DNA of 64,000 nucleotides from Phoronis australis (Eukaryota; Animalia; Phoronida), in assembly GCA_002633005.1 (NCBI GenBank), contig NMRA01000650.1, positions 119,260-183,259 on the forward strand. The letters run 5' to 3'. How positions within the stretch are numbered: position 1 is the first letter of the stretch; the number at the start of each line of letters is the position of its first letter. A program made the position numbers and the translations under genes. Positions 60,101 through 64,000 of this stretch are shown here, piece after piece. Under the pieces are notes generated by a model. It was not told the DNA's origin. It was given only the letters and a program-made list of their open reading frames with translations, and did no database searches.

Positions 60101-61772
60101 GTTTTAGGTACCGGACACATAACATGCCATCAAATTTATTCCGATGGGAAGAAGTATCGGGAGTTGACTGTTTTAATTTATTTCCCCTGTACCAGCGATG
60201 AAGCTCTTAGAAAGCACACCTTTTTCAGATCAAGACAAGTTGAATATTATGCCATTCTTGAAAATAAGCATTCACTAGTGTAGAAAGATGAATACTATTG
60301 CAGGCATCAACCAATTCGATTTCGCCTAAATTCGCGGTAGAACCCTCTCCTCATAATGCGAGCCCATCTACGCCCGAACGCCGGATAGTCACCAATTTAT
60401 ACTGGGCCACAGTCCCGTCATAGGTGGACGAGTGGGCAAACCTCGGGGTGGAAACAAACAGAAGTTGAGTGATCGTTTTCTAACTAAAAAAATCCGCGCC
60501 GCGGAGATTGAAGCCCAAGGGCCACCACTTATGGAATGCTGGGGCGAGGGTTAAGTAAACTAGTGTAGATATCTAGGACTGGAATGCGCACTTTTGCAGG
60601 TGACCTACACTGTACGTCTTTTATTATTTTATTAGAGCTTAAGACGTCAAGACTTGTACCGGGTGTTTGCAATGTGAAATTTCCGTGTGCCTGATCAAGG
60701 GTTTTAGTTATCAAATCACGCCTGATTTCAAATCTCCAATTGACATCGCCATATTTTCTCGCTTGACTAAAAAGGTGGGACGTTACATGGTTTGTGGCAC
60801 TAGCATTATTCCATTAAACTATAAAAACAACAACAAAAAGCGATGTCAAGGATTTTTGTGTCCTGTTGTAAAAAAATCTGTCTGTAAATCTGTTTATTGC
60901 AAAGAATGTCTACGCTTACGTTTTGGCTTTGACCCAGATAGCACGCTATTTATCATAAGTCCCGCTTTTCAGTACAGTTGTTCGTTTTTGTTGTCGGATG
61001 GTGACGTGAAAACTAAATTACAAGTGTTCAATACGAAATTGCCTGTTTATGTAAATAGTTTTATTTCACCTGGTCCACTTCCTTTAGTAAATTAAGAATC
61101 TTTCCAATATGTCTTGTTTATAGTATTAAGATCACAAACTATATTTTTGAGAGTTTATTTTTAAACTTTTGTAGAGAGTCCTACATCGCAGCCAGAAAGA
61201 TGACCCACGGTACATTTCAAAGTTAGAGAGAGATGTTCTTCTATCAATATCAGAAAACTTTCATCTTTAAATTTTGGATTGATACTTGAAGCATAGTTTA
61301 TCTCAACTTTCATAAACGACACCGCGTTGTGATCTTTTACTGGATAATGTAAATGTAAAGGTCCAACTATTACCTATTACACAGATTATTACATTTCTGA
61401 AATAACACTTGACTGTATAATCCAGAAAAACTTTGAGGGACATTATTTCTCTAATGGTATAAGAAATCTTTTATATAGAGTTGCCGGTTCACCTCCTTTT
61501 GGGTTGCTAGCACTAACCTTCTTTGCGGCATTTTGACACTTTGATTGAAAAATGGTAGACTTGCGAAAACTTTTGATAACCAAAAACTATTTAGCAAGTA
61601 AACCCACAAATGCAAACAACTCCCATGCATGCACAAAGCAACCTCAGCAGTCGCAAGATCAGAATTCGGACTTCAGTGCTAGAGTTCTATAGTGCCAATA
61701 TCGGAGTTGCAACGCCGCCATATTGGAAATGGGTCAGAATGTTGCATTGTGGTTAAGCCGGTTAACAAGTAC

Positions 61773-62460
61773 ATGAACGTCGGCAAGCGTGTGGGAGAAC
61801 CGGCCACAGGGAGGTTATAAGTGTTTTGTGCCTGGCTGCTATAATACCAGTGGGCGAGATAAAGAATTTAGTTACTACCTGTGTCCCAAGGATCAAGAAC
61901 TGCGTTAAACATGGGACAGACACATAGGTAGAGCTAGTAGCAAAGGCCGACTTAGTGAATTCTTTGCGACTAGAATAAAGTATGCAGCGCTCATTTTGAG
62001 GGCGGCAGGTAAACGTATCTTGGAAACTTCCCAACAATATTTCCTTTGAAAGAAACAGTAACAAATCCTCCACGGCGGATGGTAGTGAAAAAAAACTTGT
62101 TTGCGCTTGACCAGAACCAAGCCAACATGAGCAATTTTGAGGCTAACGTCTCTGCACAATCACCATTTCTGGGTCGACTCACATAACGTACGCACACTAT
62201 ATCCATTAACGCGCTAAGATAAAGCGTGCAGAATATTATTATTTACTTTCTTCAAAACTGTGGCGCATTGTTATCAAAATCCGTTGTTAAATTACGATCA
62301 TTTCTCAGAAAATTGTGCTGAAATCCCAGGTCGAAATCTCGCCTACAAATGCATAGCTGCCGGTCTCGCAATCGTCGATAGGGCTTGAATTCTTGAATAA
62401 GAATACAGCATCGACTCAACAAAGTACCTGAAATCCTCCTCAAGTTTTCCAAATAGCGTC
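61773..62460 (+). pseudogene. THAP zinc-finger transposase pseudogene (ISL2EU/Harbinger-like), missed by the ORF track
   Basis: YKCFVPGCYNTSGRDKEFSYYLCPKDQELR*TW...KVCSAHFEGG...FPTIFP (~61810-62050) is a C2CH THAP signature with stops and a frameshift. Weaker HTH-like remnants lie at ~62350-62460. Confidence 0.8.
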
Positions 62461-64000
62461 TCTAAGATTCCAAATCTGCGTTAGATTGTAGACCGCAACA
62501 CGAGAAAAATCTCTGGAGGAACACACATGTTGTTGTCACGTGACGTTTGTTTTGAAGTTTGTATGCCGTCTGTGTGTGAGAGTAAGCGTGGGTCTGTTGG
62601 CATCAGAGTTCATTTGCCAGAGTAAATGCGATGTAATGATCTAGGTGTGCATTGAATGCAAAGAAATTGACCCAAGCAGTCAAGCAGAGCGTGTTTTAAT
62701 GTTTAGCTTGGCACTTGCTGGTCTCATCTGCTAAAAAAACGTTCGAGAATTGTTTCGGTAGGCCTAAGACCGATATGTCACTTATTGAGACGCCGGGTGA
62801 GTGGGTGCTTGATCGCGAACAGCTATTTTCTTTGGCGGAGATTATCTTCCCTGTGAATCTCGCCATGACAAAGATAGAAGGCAACAGCCTTCAGAAAAGG
62901 TTCGAACGGGAACAGGGTGAACATTTACGTCGAGGACACCTGACATGTAAACCGCCCGCTTTTGTTTCAGAAGTCAACGCGAATCCTTCGAGCCTCATAG
63001 AGTTGACATCAGCGTCGACAAAAACTGCACCAATGCGGTTAAAAATAATAGTAAAAATCCTTAACGAATAACAATTTTCCCTCAAAGCAAAACGGGAGTT
63101 TTACTCAAATAATTAGGGGATATCTGTAACAGTTTAGCCGAGATTTTCGTGTCCAGTGATCGCCGATGGTCGAGCCGGCGCCGTGACAGTCAGACGTAAC
63201 GAGTCGAATTTTTGATTCCCACTGTGACCATTCAAATTAAAAATCCAAAGGTAGTGATTTTGATGAAGCAACACCAGCCTAACCCGGTCAGTACTTGAGT
63301 GTTCACCGTGGTTGTGACCTCCGATGACAGACTAAACAAAACATACTTGCCGACTGGACCTCGGAATCTTGCCTATGGATCTGTATTGTTCTTAGTTATA
63401 CACATGTACGTACACGTCAACCACTAAAACGGGCACTGCGTATTTACTCAGTACGTGCTTGCCGTTTCTTTAGTGCCACGGCGTATCTCCAAAATTGTCG
63501 GTATTTTTGGTAATTTTTGTGCATTTTTCCGATGCTCAGAATAATGTTTTCAATCCTTCGCTTTGGCATTTAATGGTATTCTTTGTCGAGAAAATAACAG
63601 TCACGAGCCAGTCGACAGGGCCGAGACTGAGGAGTTACGAAGGAATACATGTATGAATAAGCCTATAACAACACTCGCAGTCAGTATAGATTTAAGTAAT
63701 CCACCGTTTGCTCATTACAACGTCACTTTTAGGCTTTGTAAAAGGCCAAAAATTGACAGGACTTTCATCTCTGTCGGTATAACTACAACAACAACATTTC
63801 TTGGCCATTTAAAATGCACATTGTAGTTGAACGTGTTTTGTCCTACAGCCGCTAATGTTTGGTTGATAAGATGGCGACTTGAACTGCAGTCTGGAGGAAT
63901 GTCCAGAATGCATCATTCCGATTGGTCAAACACACCTGTCATTCATTTTCTGGCGTCAGGTCAATTGGAAGCTTATGCTAACTGAATGAGTAAAATTACG

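Noticed and set aside
60667-61095. 142-aa Cys-containing ORF
   Set aside because: Non-ATG start, no recognisable domain and no clear splice signals.

Overview
AT-rich, intron-rich, repeat-laden animal genomic DNA, probably from a marine invertebrate (inferred from frequent TACATGTA octamers and the transposon spectrum). The left half (265-~32,400) holds one spliced + strand gene that the ORF track shows only in fragments. Nine exons have canonical AG/GT boundaries and compatible phases. They encode at least 546 aa with the architecture DED - acidic linker - ZU5 - UPA-like region - DED; the 5' end lies upstream of the window. The two DEDs arose by internal duplication of a two-exon cassette whose introns still align, and their coding exons diverge mostly by non-synonymous changes. 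The last DED exon and the terminal exon occur twice across a single-N gap. The two versions differ at 10 of 57 codons although their 3' flanks are almost identical, so they are either hyperdivergent alleles or a real duplication. The introns and the right half contain transposon debris: an RNase H LINE with TSD, Harbinger elements, a 5-bp-TSD TIR element, and Tx1, CR1, Penelope-like, BEL/Pao, THAP/ISL2EU-like and tRNA-SINE remnants, plus minisatellites. Four direct duplications abut single 'n' characters and are probably assembly artefacts. All domain calls were made by eye; no searches were run.
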